The notes under the pieces are model-generated. The model searched no databases and was not told the origin of the DNA. It was given only the letters and a program-made list of their open reading frames with translations. Below are positions 51,833 through 63,465 of a stretch of 64,000 nucleotides of DNA, one piece after another (within the stretch, counting starts at the first letter, position 1; every line of letters begins with the position of its first letter). The position numbers and the translations under genes are program-made. This DNA is from Lingula anatina (Eukaryota; Animalia; Brachiopoda): the NCBI GenBank assembly GCA_051362555.1, contig CM120646.1:5332001-5396000 (forward strand). The letters are read 5' to 3'.

Positions 51833-52003
51833 ATGGATGCCATGTGCTGCGCCACGTATCAAGCAAAAAGGACAAAGGAGTCGACTCCCATTTCGCCGAA
51901 TGTTTTCCTCATCCCAAGCCAACGCATCGCTCATCGAAATGTTTCTTGCACAAGCAGTCGTCTGGACGGTGGATTCGACGTGTCTCTAAGCTGGCCAGCT
52001 TAA
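51833..52003 (+). CDS. 56-aa first ORF of the putative repeat transcript (MDAMCCATYQAKRTKESTPISPNVFLIPSQRIAHRNVSCTSSRLDGGFDVSLSWPA)
   Basis: First ATG after the predicted TSS, in strong context aacaagATGG; TAA at 52001. No recognisable homology. Confidence 0.3.
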   Translation: MDAMCCATYQAKRTKESTPISPNVFLIPSQRIAHRNVSCTSSRLDGGFDVSLSWPA

Positions 52004-52156
52004 ACCTTCTCTTCTCTTCTCTCCACGAGGAATCGTCGCTCAGGAATCTTCGCAGGATACATCGTCGGATTTCTGCTGTTGTGGGCTGTATTGTTGTGGT
52101 GTCATTGCATGTATTTCTATGCATTCCAGGTTTCTTCTTATTGCAGGTCCAGGAAG

Positions 52157-53082
52157 CAGAGTGCTGACATAGGTAGAAAATCTCATTAATTTTCCTTTTT
52201 ACTTTCTGTTTACAGTCGATTCTGTCGATTTCTGTCAATTCTCGACAGAGCTCCCACTGACAACTGCAAGGAGAAGAGGGCTACATCTACACGACACATA
52301 CTTCGATCAATCCTTGGTGCGAACGAGTCCTGCCATAGTCTACGAGATGGCTCCATTGGGGAAGCGTCCAGAGAGCCCTGCCACGGTCTGTCTACAAGGT
52401 GGCTGCGTTGGGGAAACGTCCAAGGCATATGGTGTTTCAATGAGATAGAAAACCGTTAAAGGTAAGCATGATTGCAGAGTAATAATAATAATAATAGCAA
52501 CAATAATAAAAACAATAATAAGAATAATTATTTTGATAATCTTTATTGAAATATTGCTGACATAGGTAGGAAAACTCGTTAATTTTCCTTTTTTCTTCCT
52601 GTTTACAGAGCCCCATTATTGCGATTCTCGACAGAGCTCCCACTGACAACTGCAAGGAGAAGAGGGCCACATCTACACGTCACATACGTCGATCAATCCT
52701 TGGTGCCAGCGAGTCCTGCCTTGGTCTGTCTACGAGATGGCTGCATTGTGGGAGCGTCCAGCGAGTCCTGTCATGGTCCGTGTACGAGGTGGCTGCATAT
52801 GGGTAGCGTCCAGCTTGGAGCAAGCCCTGCCATGGTCCATCTACCAGGTGGCTGCATTGGGTAAGCGTCCAGCGAGCCCTGCCATGGTCCGTCTACTAGG
52901 TGGCTGCATTGGGTAAGCGTCCAGCGAGCCCTGCCATGGTCCGTCTACGAGGTGGCTGCATTATAGGAGCGTCCAGCGAGTCCTGCCATGGTCCGTCTAC
53001 GAGGTGGCTGCACTGGGGAAGCGTCCAAGGCATATGGTGTTTAAATGAGATGAAAACCGTTAAAGGTAAGCCTGATTGCAGA

Positions 53083-53119
<37 letters not shown>

Positions 53120-54644
53120 GAATAATTATTTTGATAATCTTTATTGAAATATTGCTGACATAGGTAGGAAAACTCGTTAATTTTCCTTTTTTCTTCCTGT
53201 TTACAGAGCCCCATTATTGCGATTCTCGACAGAGCTCCCACTGACAACTACAAGGAGAAGAGGGCCACATCTACACGTCACATACGTCGATCAATCCTTG
53301 GTGCCAGCGAGTCCTGTCATGGTCCGTGTACGAGGTGGCTGCATTGGGGAAACGTCCAAGGCATATGATGTTTCAATGAGATGAAAAACCGCTTAAGGTA
53401 AGCCGTGATATTAGGGAGAGAAATAGACTTAATTTTTTCGGTTGCAGTCTGTGTCCTAAACCTTTCAACTTACTGGCCATTCGGACTTCAACTTTCCTAA
53501 AATCTACCGTTCTGAATTGGGATTCACTGGTCCGAATACAAATTCCAATAAAACTGGACTGGGTTGCATTTTAATATTATTAACAAGACCTTGACATTTT
53601 TAGAATCATGATGTAACAGTTAAATTAAATTAAGTCAAATTGAAAGGTCTTATAAAAATCGTAGAAAAAAATCTGTTCATATCACTAAATTCATTCATTC
53701 TGGTCTGTCTACAGGTGGCTGCAATGGGGAAGCGTCCAGCGAGCCCTGCCATGGTCCGTCTATGAGGTGGCTGCATTGAGGTAGTGTCCAGCGAGCCCTG
53801 CCATGGTCCGTCTATGAGGTGGCTGCATTGGGGAACCGTCCAGCGAGCCATTCTAGGTAAGCATGATTGCAGAGTGCTGACATAGGTAGAAAAACTTATT
53901 AATTTTCCTTTTTCCTTCCCTTTATTTTTCTTTTCTTATTAACAAGACCTTGACATTTTTAGAATCATGATGTAACAGTTAGATTAAAATTAAGTCAAAT
54001 TAAAAGGTCTTGTAAAAACGAAGAAAAAAATCTTCTGTTCATATCACTAAATTCATTGATTCTGGTCTGTCTACAGCTGCATTGTGGAGCGTTCAGCGAG
54101 TCCTGCCATGGTCCGTCTACGAGGTGGCTGCATTGGGGAAGCGTCCATCGAGCCCTGCCAAGGTCCGTCTACGAGGTGGCTGCATTGGGGAAGCGTCCAG
54201 CGAAGCCTGCCATGGTCCGTCTACTAGGTGGCTGCATTGGGGAAGCGTCCATCGAGCCCTCCCAAGGTCCGTCTACGATGTGGCTGCATTGGGGAAGCGT
54301 CCAGCGAACCGTTAAAGGTAAGCATGATTGCAGAGTGCTGACATAGGTAGAAAAACTTATTAATTTTCCTTTTTTCTTTCTGTCTACAGAGTCCCATCAT
54401 TGCGATTCTCGACAGAGCTTCCACTGACAACTGCAAGGAGAAGAGGGCCACATCTACATGTCACATACTTCGATCATTCCTTGGTGCCAACGAGTCCTGC
54501 CATAGTCTACGAGATGGCTTCATTGGGGAAGCGTCCAGAGAGCCCTGCAATGGTCCGTCTACAAGGTGGCTGCATTGGGGAATCGTCCAAGGCATATGGT
54601 GTTTCAATGAGATGAAAACCGTTAAAGGTAAGCCTGATTGCAGA

Positions 54645-54680
<36 letters not shown>

Positions 54681-57600
54681 GCAACAATAATAAAAATAAT
54701 AATAAGAATAATTATTTTGATAATCTTTATTGAAATATTGCTGACATAGGTAGGAAAACTCGTTAATTTTCCTTTTTTCTTCCTGTTTACAGAGCCCTAT
54801 TATTGCGATTCTCGACAGAGCTCCCACTAAAAACTACAAGGAGAAGAGGGCTACATCTACACGTCACATACGTCGATCAATCCTTGGTGCCAGCGAGTCC
54901 TGCCTTGCTCTGTCTACGAGGTGGCTGCATTGTGGGAGCGTCCAGCGAGTCCTGTCATGGTCCGTGTACGAGGTGGCTGCGTATGGGTAGCGTCCAGCTT
55001 TGAGCAAGCCCTGTCACGGTCCGTATACTAGGTGGCTGCATTGGGGAAGCGTCCAGCGAGCCCTGCCATGGTCCGTCTACGAGGTGGCTGCATTGGGGAA
55101 GCGTCCAAGGCATATGGTGTTTCAATGAGATGAAAAACCGCTTAAGGTAAGCCGTGATATTAGGGAGAGAAATAGACTTAATTTTTTCGGTTGCAGTCTG
55201 TGTCCTAAACCTTTCAACTTACTGGCCATTCGGACTTCAACTTTCCTAAAATCTACTGGTCTGAATTGGGATTCACTGGTCCGAATACAAATTCCAATAA
55301 AACTGGACTGGGTTGCATTTTAATATTATTAACAAGACCTTGACATTTTTAGAATCATGATGTAACAGTTAAATTAAATTAAGTCAAATTGAAAGGTCTT
55401 ATAAAAATCGTAGAAAAAATCTGTTCATATCACTAAATTCATTCATTCTGGTCTGTCTACAGGTGGCTGCATTGGGGAAGCGTCAAGCGAGCCCTGCCAT
55501 GGTCCGTCTACGATGTGGCTGCATTGGGGAAGCGTCCAGCGAGCCCTGCCATGGTCCGTCTATGAGGTGGCTGCATTGGGGAACCGTCCAGCGAACCGTT
55601 CAATGTAAGCATGATTGCAGAGTGCTGACATAGGTAGAAAAACTTATTAATTTTCCTTTTTTCTTCCCTTTTTTTCTTTTCTTATTAACAAGACCTTGAC
55701 ATTTTTAGAATCATGATGTAACAGTTAGATTAAAATTAAGTCAAATTAAAAGGTCTTATAAAAACGAAGAAAAAAATCTTCTGTTCATATCACTAAATTC
55801 ATTGATTCTGGTCTGTCTACAGCTGCAATGGGGAGGCGTCCAGCAAGTCCTGCCATGGTCCGTCTACGAGGTGGCTGCATTGGGGAAGCGTCCAGCGAGC
55901 CCTGCCAAGGTCCGTCTACGAGGTGGCTGCATTGGGGAAGCATCCATCGAGTCCTGCCATGGTCCGTCTACGAGGTGGCTGCATTGGGGAAGCATCAAGC
56001 GAGCCCTGCCAAGGTCCGTCTACGATGTGGCTGCATTGGGGAAGCGTCCAGCGAGCCCTGCCATGGTCCGTCTACTAGGTGGCTGCATTGGGGAAGCGTC
56101 CAGCGAACCGTTAAAGGTAAGCATGATTGCAGAGTGCTGACATAGGTAGAAAAACTTATTAATTTTCCTTTTTCCTTCCCTTTTTTTCTTTTCTTATTAA
56201 CAAGACCTTGACATTTTTAGAATCATGATGTAACAGTTAGATTAAAATCAAGTCAAATTAAAAGGTCTTATAAAAACGAAGAAAAAAATCTTCTGTTCAT
56301 ATCACTAAATTCATTGATTCTGGTCTGTCTACAGCTGCAATGGGGAGGCGTCCAGCAAGTCCTGCCATGGTCCGTCTACGAGGTGGCTGCATTGGGGAAG
56401 CGTCCAGCGAGCCCTGCCAAGGTCCGTCTACGAGGTGGCTGCATTGGGGAAGCATCCATCGAGTCCTGCCATGGTCCGTGTACGAGGTGGCTGCATTGGG
56501 GAAGCGTCAAGCGAGCCCTGCCAAGGTCCGTCTACGATGTGGCTGCATTGGGGAAGCGTCCAGCGAGCCCTGCCATGGTCCGTCTACTAGGTGGCTGCAT
56601 TGGGGAAGCGTCCAGCGAACCGTTAAAGGTAAGCATGATTGCAGAGTGCTGACATAGGTAGAAAAACTTATTAATTTTCCTTTTTTCTTTCTGTTTACAG
56701 AGTCCCATCATTGCGATTCTCGACAGAGCTCCCACTGACAACTGCAAGGAGAAGAGGGCCACATCTACATGTCACATACTTCGATCATTCCTTGGTGCCA
56801 ACGAGTCCTGCCATAGTCTACGAGATGGCTCCATTGGGGAAGCGTCCAAGGCATATGGTGTTTAAATGAGATGAAAACCTTTAAAGGTAAGCCTGATTGC
56901 AGAGTAATAATAATAATAATAATAATAATAATAGCAACAATAATAAAAATAATAATAAGAATAATTATTTTGATAATCTTTATTGAAATATTGCTGACAT
57001 AGGTAGGAAAACTGGTTAATTTTCCTTTTTTCTTCCTGTTAACAGAGCCCCATTATTGCGATTCTCGACAGAGCTCCCACTGAAAACTACAAGGAGAAGA
57101 GGGCTACATCTACACGTCACATACGTCGATCAATCCTTGGTGCCAGCGAGTCCTGCCTTGGCCTGTCTACGAGGTGGCTGCATTGTGGGAGCGTCCAGCG
57201 AGTCCTGTCATGGTCCGTGTACGAGGTGGCTGCGTATGGGTAGCGTCCAGCTTGGAGCAAGCCCTGTCACGGTCCGTGTACTAGGTGGCTGCATTGGGGA
57301 AGCGTCCAGCGAGCCCTGTCAAGGTCCGTCTACGAGGTGGCTGCATTGGGGAAGCGTCCAAGGCATATGGTGTTTCAATGAGATGAAAAACCGCTTAAGG
57401 TAAGCCGTGATATTAGGGAGAGAAATAGACTTAATTTTTTCGGTTGCAGTCTGTGTCCTAAACCTTTCAACTTACTGGCCATTCGGACTTCAACTTTCCT
57501 AAAATCTACCGGTCTGAATTGGGATTCACTGGTCCGAATACAAATTCCAATAAAACTGGACTGGGTTGCATTTAAAAATTATTAACAAGACCTTGACATT

Positions 57601-60600
57601 TTTAGAATCATGATGTAACAGTTAAATTAAATTAAGTCAAATTGAAAGGTCTTATAAAAATCGTAGAAAAAAATCTGTTCATATCACTAAATTCATTCAT
57701 TCTGGTCTGTCTATAGGTGGCAGCAATGGGGAAGCGTCCAGCGAGCCCTGCCATGGTCCGTCTACGAGGAGGCTGCATTGAGGTAGTGTCCAGCGAGCCC
57801 TGCTATGGTCCGTCTATGAGGTGGCTGCATTGGGGAACCGTCCAGCGAACCGTTCAAGGTAAGCATGATTGCAGAGTGCTGACATAGGTAGAAAAACTTA
57901 TTAATTTTCCTTTTTCCTTCCCTTTTTTTCTTTTCTTATTAACAAGACCTTGACATTTTTAGAATCATGATGTAACAGTTAGATTAAAATTAAGTCAAAT
58001 TAAAAGGTCTTATAAAAACGAAGAAAAAAATCTTCTGTTCATATCACTAAATTCATTGATTCTGGTCTGTCTACAGCTGCAATGGGGAAGCGTCCAGCAA
58101 GTCCTGCCATGGTCCGTCTACGAGGTGGCTGCAATGGGGAAGCGTCCAGCGAGCCCTGTCAAGGTCCGTCTACGAGGTGGCTGCACTGGGGAAGCGTCCA
58201 GCGAGCCCTGCCATGGTCCGTCTACTAGGTGGCTGCATTGGGGAAGCGTCCAGCGAACCGTTAAAGGTAAGCCTGATTGCAGAGTGCTGACATAGGTAGA
58301 AAAACCTATTAATTTTCCGTTTTTCTTTCTGTTTACAGAGTCCCATCATTGCGATTCTCGACAGAGCTCCCACTGACAACTGCAAGGAGAAGAGGGCCAC
58401 ATCTACATGTCACATACTTCGACCATTCCTTGGTGCCAACGAGTCCTGCCATAGTCTACGAGATGGCTCCATTGGGGAAGCGTCCAGAGAGCCCTGCTAT
58501 GGTCCGTCTACAAGGTGGCTGCATTGGGGAAACGTCCAAGGCATATGGTGTTTCAATGAGATGAAAACCGTTAAAGGTAAGCCTGATTGCAGAGTAATAA
58601 TAATAATTATGATAATAATAATAATAATAGCAACAATAATAAAAACAATAATAAGAATAATTATTTTGATAATCTTTATTGAAAGGTAGAAAAACTCGTT
58701 AATTTTCCTTTTTTCTTCCTGTTTACAGAGCCCCATTATTGCGATTCTCGACAGAGCTCCCACTGAAAACTACAAGAAGAGGGCTACATCTACACGTCAC
58801 GTACGTCGATCAATCCTTGGTGCCAGCGAGTCCTGCCTTGGTCTGGCTACGAGGTGGCTGCATTGTGGGAGCGTCCAGCGAGTCCTGTCATGGTCCGTGT
58901 ACGAGGTGGCTGCGTATGGGTAGCGTCCAGCTTGGAGCAAGCCCTGCCACGGTCCGTGTACTAGGTGGCTGCATTGGGGAAGCGTCCAAGCCATATGGTG
59001 TTTCAATGAGACGAAAAACCGCTTAAGGTAAGCCGTGATATTAGGGAGAGATATAGACTTAATTTTTTCGGTTGCAGTCTGTGTCCTAAAACTTCCAACT
59101 TACTGGCCATTCGGACTTCAACTTTCCTAAAATCTACCGGTCTGAATTGGGATTCACTGGTCCGAATACAAATTCCAATAAAACTGGACTGGGTTGCATT
59201 TTAATATTATTTACAAGACCTTGCCATTTTTAGAATCATGATGTGACAGTTAGATTAAAATTAAGTCAAATTAAAAGGTCTTATAAAAACGAAGAAAAAA
59301 ATCTTCTGTTCATATCACTAAATTCATTGATTCTGGTCTGTCTACAGCTGCAATGGGGAGGCGCCCAGCGAGTACTGCCATGGTCTGTCTACGAGGTGGC
59401 TGCATTGGGGAAGCGTCCAGCGAACCGTTAAAGGTAAGCATGATTGCAGAGTGCTGACATAGGTAGAAAAACTTATTAATTTTCCTTTTTCCTTCTTTTT
59501 ATTTTTCTTTTCTTATTAACAAGACCTTGACATTTTTAGAATCATGATGTAACAGTTAGATTAAAATTAAGTCAAATTAAAAGGTCTTATAAAAACGAAG
59601 AAAAAATCTTCTGTTCATATCACTAAATTCATTGATTCTGGTCTGTCTACAGCTGCAGTGGGGAGGCGCCCAGCGAGTACTGCCATGGTCTGTCTACGAG
59701 GTGGCTGCATTGTGGAGCGTTCAGCGAGTCCTGCCATGGTCCGTCTACGAGGTGGCTGCATTGGGGAAGCGTCCATCGAGCCCTGCCAAGGTCCGTCTAC
59801 TAGGTGGCTGCATTGGGGAAGTGTCCAGCGAACCGTTAAAGGTAAGCATGATTGCAGAGTGCTGACATAGGTAGAAAAACTTATTAATTTTCCTTTTTTT
59901 CTTTCTGTTTACAGAGTCCCATCATTGCGATTCTCGACAGAGCTCCCACTGACAACTGCAAGGAGAAGAGGGCCACATCTACATGTCACATACTTCGATC
60001 ATTCCTTGGTGCCAACGAGTCCTGCCATAGTCTACGAGATGGCTCCATTGGGGAAGCGTCCAGAGAGCCCTGCCATGGTCCGTCTACAAGGTGGCTGCAT
60101 TGGGGAAACGTCCAAGGCATATGGTGTTTCAATGAGATGAAAACCGTTAAAGGTAAGCCTGATTGCAGAGTAATAATAATAATAATAATAATAATAGTAA
60201 TAATAATAGCAACAATAATAAAAACAATAATAAGAATAATTATTTTGATAATCTTTATTGAAATATTGCTGACATAGGTAGGAAAACTCGTTAATTTTCC
60301 TTTTTTCTTCCTGTTTACAGAACCCCATTCTTGCGATTCTCGACAGCGCTCCCACTGAAAACTGCAAGGAGAAGAAGGCCACATCTACATGTCACATACT
60401 TCGATCATTCCTTGGTGCCAACGAGTCCTGCCATAGTCTACGAGATGGCTCCATTGGGGAAGCGTCCAGAGAGCCCTGCTATGGTCCGTCTACAAGGTGG
60501 CTGCATTGGGGAAACGTCCAAGGCATATGGTGTTTCAATGAGATGAAAACCGTTAAAGGTAAGCCTGATTGCAGAGTAATAATAATAATTATGATAATAA

Positions 60601-63075
60601 TAATAATAATAGCAACAATAATAAAAACAATAATAAGAATAATTATTTTGATAATCTTTATTGAAAGGTAGAAAAACTCGTTAATTTTCCTTTTTTCTTC
60701 CTGTTTACAGAGCCCCATTATTGCGATTCTCGACAGAGCTCCCACTGAAAACTACAAGAAGAGGGCTACATCTACACGTCACGTACGTCGATCAATCCTT
60801 GGTGCCAGCGAGTCCTGCCTTGGTCTGGCTACGAGGTGGCTGCATTGTGGGAGCGTCCAGCGAGTCCTGTCATGGTCCGTGTACGAGGTGGCTGCGTATG
60901 GGTAGCGTCCAGCTTGGAGCAAGCCCTGCCACGGTCCGTGTACTAGGTGGCTGCATTGGGGAAGCGTCCAAGCCATATGGTGTTTCAATGAGACGAAAAA
61001 CCGCTTAAGGTAAGCCGTGATATTAGGGAGAGATATAGACTTAATTTTTTCGGTTGCAGTCTGTGTCCTAAAACTTCCAACTTACTGGCCATTCGGACTT
61101 CAACTTTCCTAAAATCTACCGGTCTGAATTGGGATTCACTGGTCCGAATACAAATTCCAATAAAACTGGACTGGGTTGCATTTTAATATTATTTACAAGA
61201 CCTTGCCATTTTTAGAATCATGATGTGACAGTTAGATTAAAATTAAGTCAAATTAAAAGGTCTTATAAAAACGAAGAAAAAAATCTTCTGTTCATATCAC
61301 TAAATTCATTGATTCTGGTCTGTCTACAGCTGCAATGGGGAGGCGCCCAGCGAGTACTGCCATGGTCTGTCTACGAGGTGGCTGCATTGGGGAAGCGTCC
61401 AGCGAACCGTTAAAGGTAAGCATGATTGCAGAGTGCTGACATAGGTAGAAAAACTTATTAATTTTCCTTTTTCCTTCTTTTTATTTTTCTTTTCTTATTA
61501 ACAAGACCTTGACATTTTTAGAATCATGATGTAACAGTTAGATTAAAATTAAGTCAAATTAAAAGGTCTTATAAAAACGAAGAAAAAATCTTCTGTTCAT
61601 ATCACTAAATTCATTGATTCTGGTCTGTCTACAGCTGCAGTGGGGAGGCGCCCAGCGAGTACTGCCATGGTCTGTCTACGAGGTGGCTGCATTGTGGAGC
61701 GTTCAGCGAGTCCTGCCATGGTCCGTCTACGAGGTGGCTGCATTGGGGAAGCGTCCATCGAGCCCTGCCAAGGTCCGTCTACTAGGTGGCTGCATTGGGG
61801 AAGTGTCCAGCGAACCGTTAAAGGTAAGCATGATTGCAGAGTGCTGACATAGGTAGAAAAACTTATTAATTTTCCTTTTTTTCTTTCTGTTTACAGAGTC
61901 CCATCATTGCGATTCTCGACAGAGCTCCCACTGACAACTGCAAGGAGAAGAGGGCCACATCTACATGTCACATACTTCGATCATTCCTTGGTGCCAACGA
62001 GTCCTGCCATAGTCTACGAGATGGCTCCATTGGGGAAGCGTCCAGAGAGCCCTGCCATGGTCCGTCTACAAGGTGGCTGCATTGGGGAAACGTCCAAGGC
62101 ATATGGTGTTTCAATGAGATGAAAACCGTTAAAGGTAAGCCTGATTGCAGAGTAATAATAATAATAATAATAATAATAGTAATAATAATAGCAACAATAA
62201 TAAAAACAATAATAAGAATAATTATTTTGATAATCTTTATTGAAATATTGCTGACATAGGTAGGAAAACTCGTTAATTTTCCTTTTTTCTTCCTGTTTAC
62301 AGAACCCCATTCTTGCGATTCTCGACAGCGCTCCCACTGAAAACTGCAAGGAGAAGAAGGCCACATCTACATGTCACATACTTCGATCATTCCTTGGTGC
62401 CAACGAGTCCTGCCATAGTCTACGAGATGGCTCCATTGGGGAAGCGTCCAGAGAGCCCTGCCATGGTCCGTCTACAAGGTGGCTGCATTGGGGAAACGTC
62501 CAAGGCATATGGTGTTTCAATGAGATGAAAACCGTTAAAGGTAAGCCTGATTGCAGAGTAATAATAATAATAATAATAGTAATAATAATAGCAACAATAA
62601 TAAAAATAATAATAAGAATAATTATTTTGATAATCTTTATTAAAATATTGCTGACATAGGTAGGAAAACTCGTTAATTTTCCTTTTTTCTTCCTGTTTAC
62701 AGAACCCCATTCTTGCGATTCTCGACAGCGCTCCCACTGAAAACTGCAAGGAGAAGAGGGCCACATCTACACGTCACATACGTCGATCAATCCTTGGTGC
62801 CAGCGAGTCCTGCCTTGGTCCGTCTACGAGGTGGTTGCATTGGGGAAGCGTCCAGCGAGTCCTGCCATGGTCCGTCTACGAGGTGGCTGCATTGGGGAAG
62901 CGTCCAGCGAGTCCTGCCATGGTCCGTCTACGAGGTGGCTGCGTCCACTGAGCCCTGCTATGGTCCGTGAACGAGGTGGCTGCGTCCACCGAGCCCTGCT
63001 ATGGTTCGTGTACGAGGTGGCTGCATTGGGGTAGCGTCCATCTAGCCCTGCCATGGTCCGTGTACGAAGTGGCGT
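52157..63075 (+). repeat. 11-kb complex macrosatellite: 52-bp units, (AAT)n tracts and higher-order duplications of about 406, 512 and 1982 bp
   Basis: Unit gagccctgccatggtccgtctacgaggtggctgcattggggaagcgtccagc (for example spacing 54124/54176/54228/54280). ORF-track offsets are 55802/56314 (512), 59925/60331 (406), and 58739/60721 and 59925/61907 (1982). Confidence 0.97.
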
Positions 63076-63426
63076 CTGGTCCGATGATTGTCCACTGTCA
63101 CAAGGTTAAAATGGAGAAAGCGATATCAGCATATGGGATTTCAAGAGACCTTGCCTAGTTGTGATACCATTGGGACTTGGGCCCTTTAAGGTAAGTTTTG
63201 GGCCAGGGTAAGGGGTGATAAATGCACTAAATTGTTATTCATACTATAGATATTATAAATTTTGTGCAAGGCCTTAGACAAAATTGCTTTAAATTACTGT
63301 TCGGAAACCGTTTTCTAGTAACTAAATGTAGATATTTGTTTTATATTTACTCAAGGAAATTGACATTTTAGAATCCAAAAACTTTCAATTTGTCACAAAC
63401 TTGAAAAAAGAATTCATGCAAAATAT

Positions 63427-63465
63427 TGACAAGCTATCGACCAACTTTCAGGTCTTCATCAGTCC
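63427..63465 (-). other. Second degenerate minimal hammerhead-like motif
   Basis: Minus strand reads gga CUGAUGA a gacc ugaaaguu gguc GAUA gcuu guc. Stem II is intact, but GAAA is GAUA and stem I is poor. Confidence 0.35.

Noticed and set aside
53960-54066. C/D box snoRNA in the ~220-nt intron (AUGAUGU ... UUGA with agaa/uucu stem)
   Set aside because: Both boxes are imperfect, the D-like box is about 16 nt from the acceptor and overlaps the branch region, and it is absent in several of the 317-nt intron copies.
54100-54310. 52-nt unit as an HDV-like or twister ribozyme
   Set aside because: Only a superficial CAUGGUCC resemblance; I could not build the nested pseudoknot on either strand.
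52157-63075. CRISPR-like repeat-spacer array
   Set aside because: The context is eukaryotic, units are contiguous with no unique spacers, and there are no cas genes.
52619-63158. The many 60-130 aa ORFs in the array as a repeat protein gene
   Set aside because: The 52-nt unit is stop-poor in all frames and not a multiple of 3. Unit number varies freely, joined exons change phase and hit stops, and most ORF starts are TTG/GTG. Poly-Y and poly-I ORFs come from (AAT)n.
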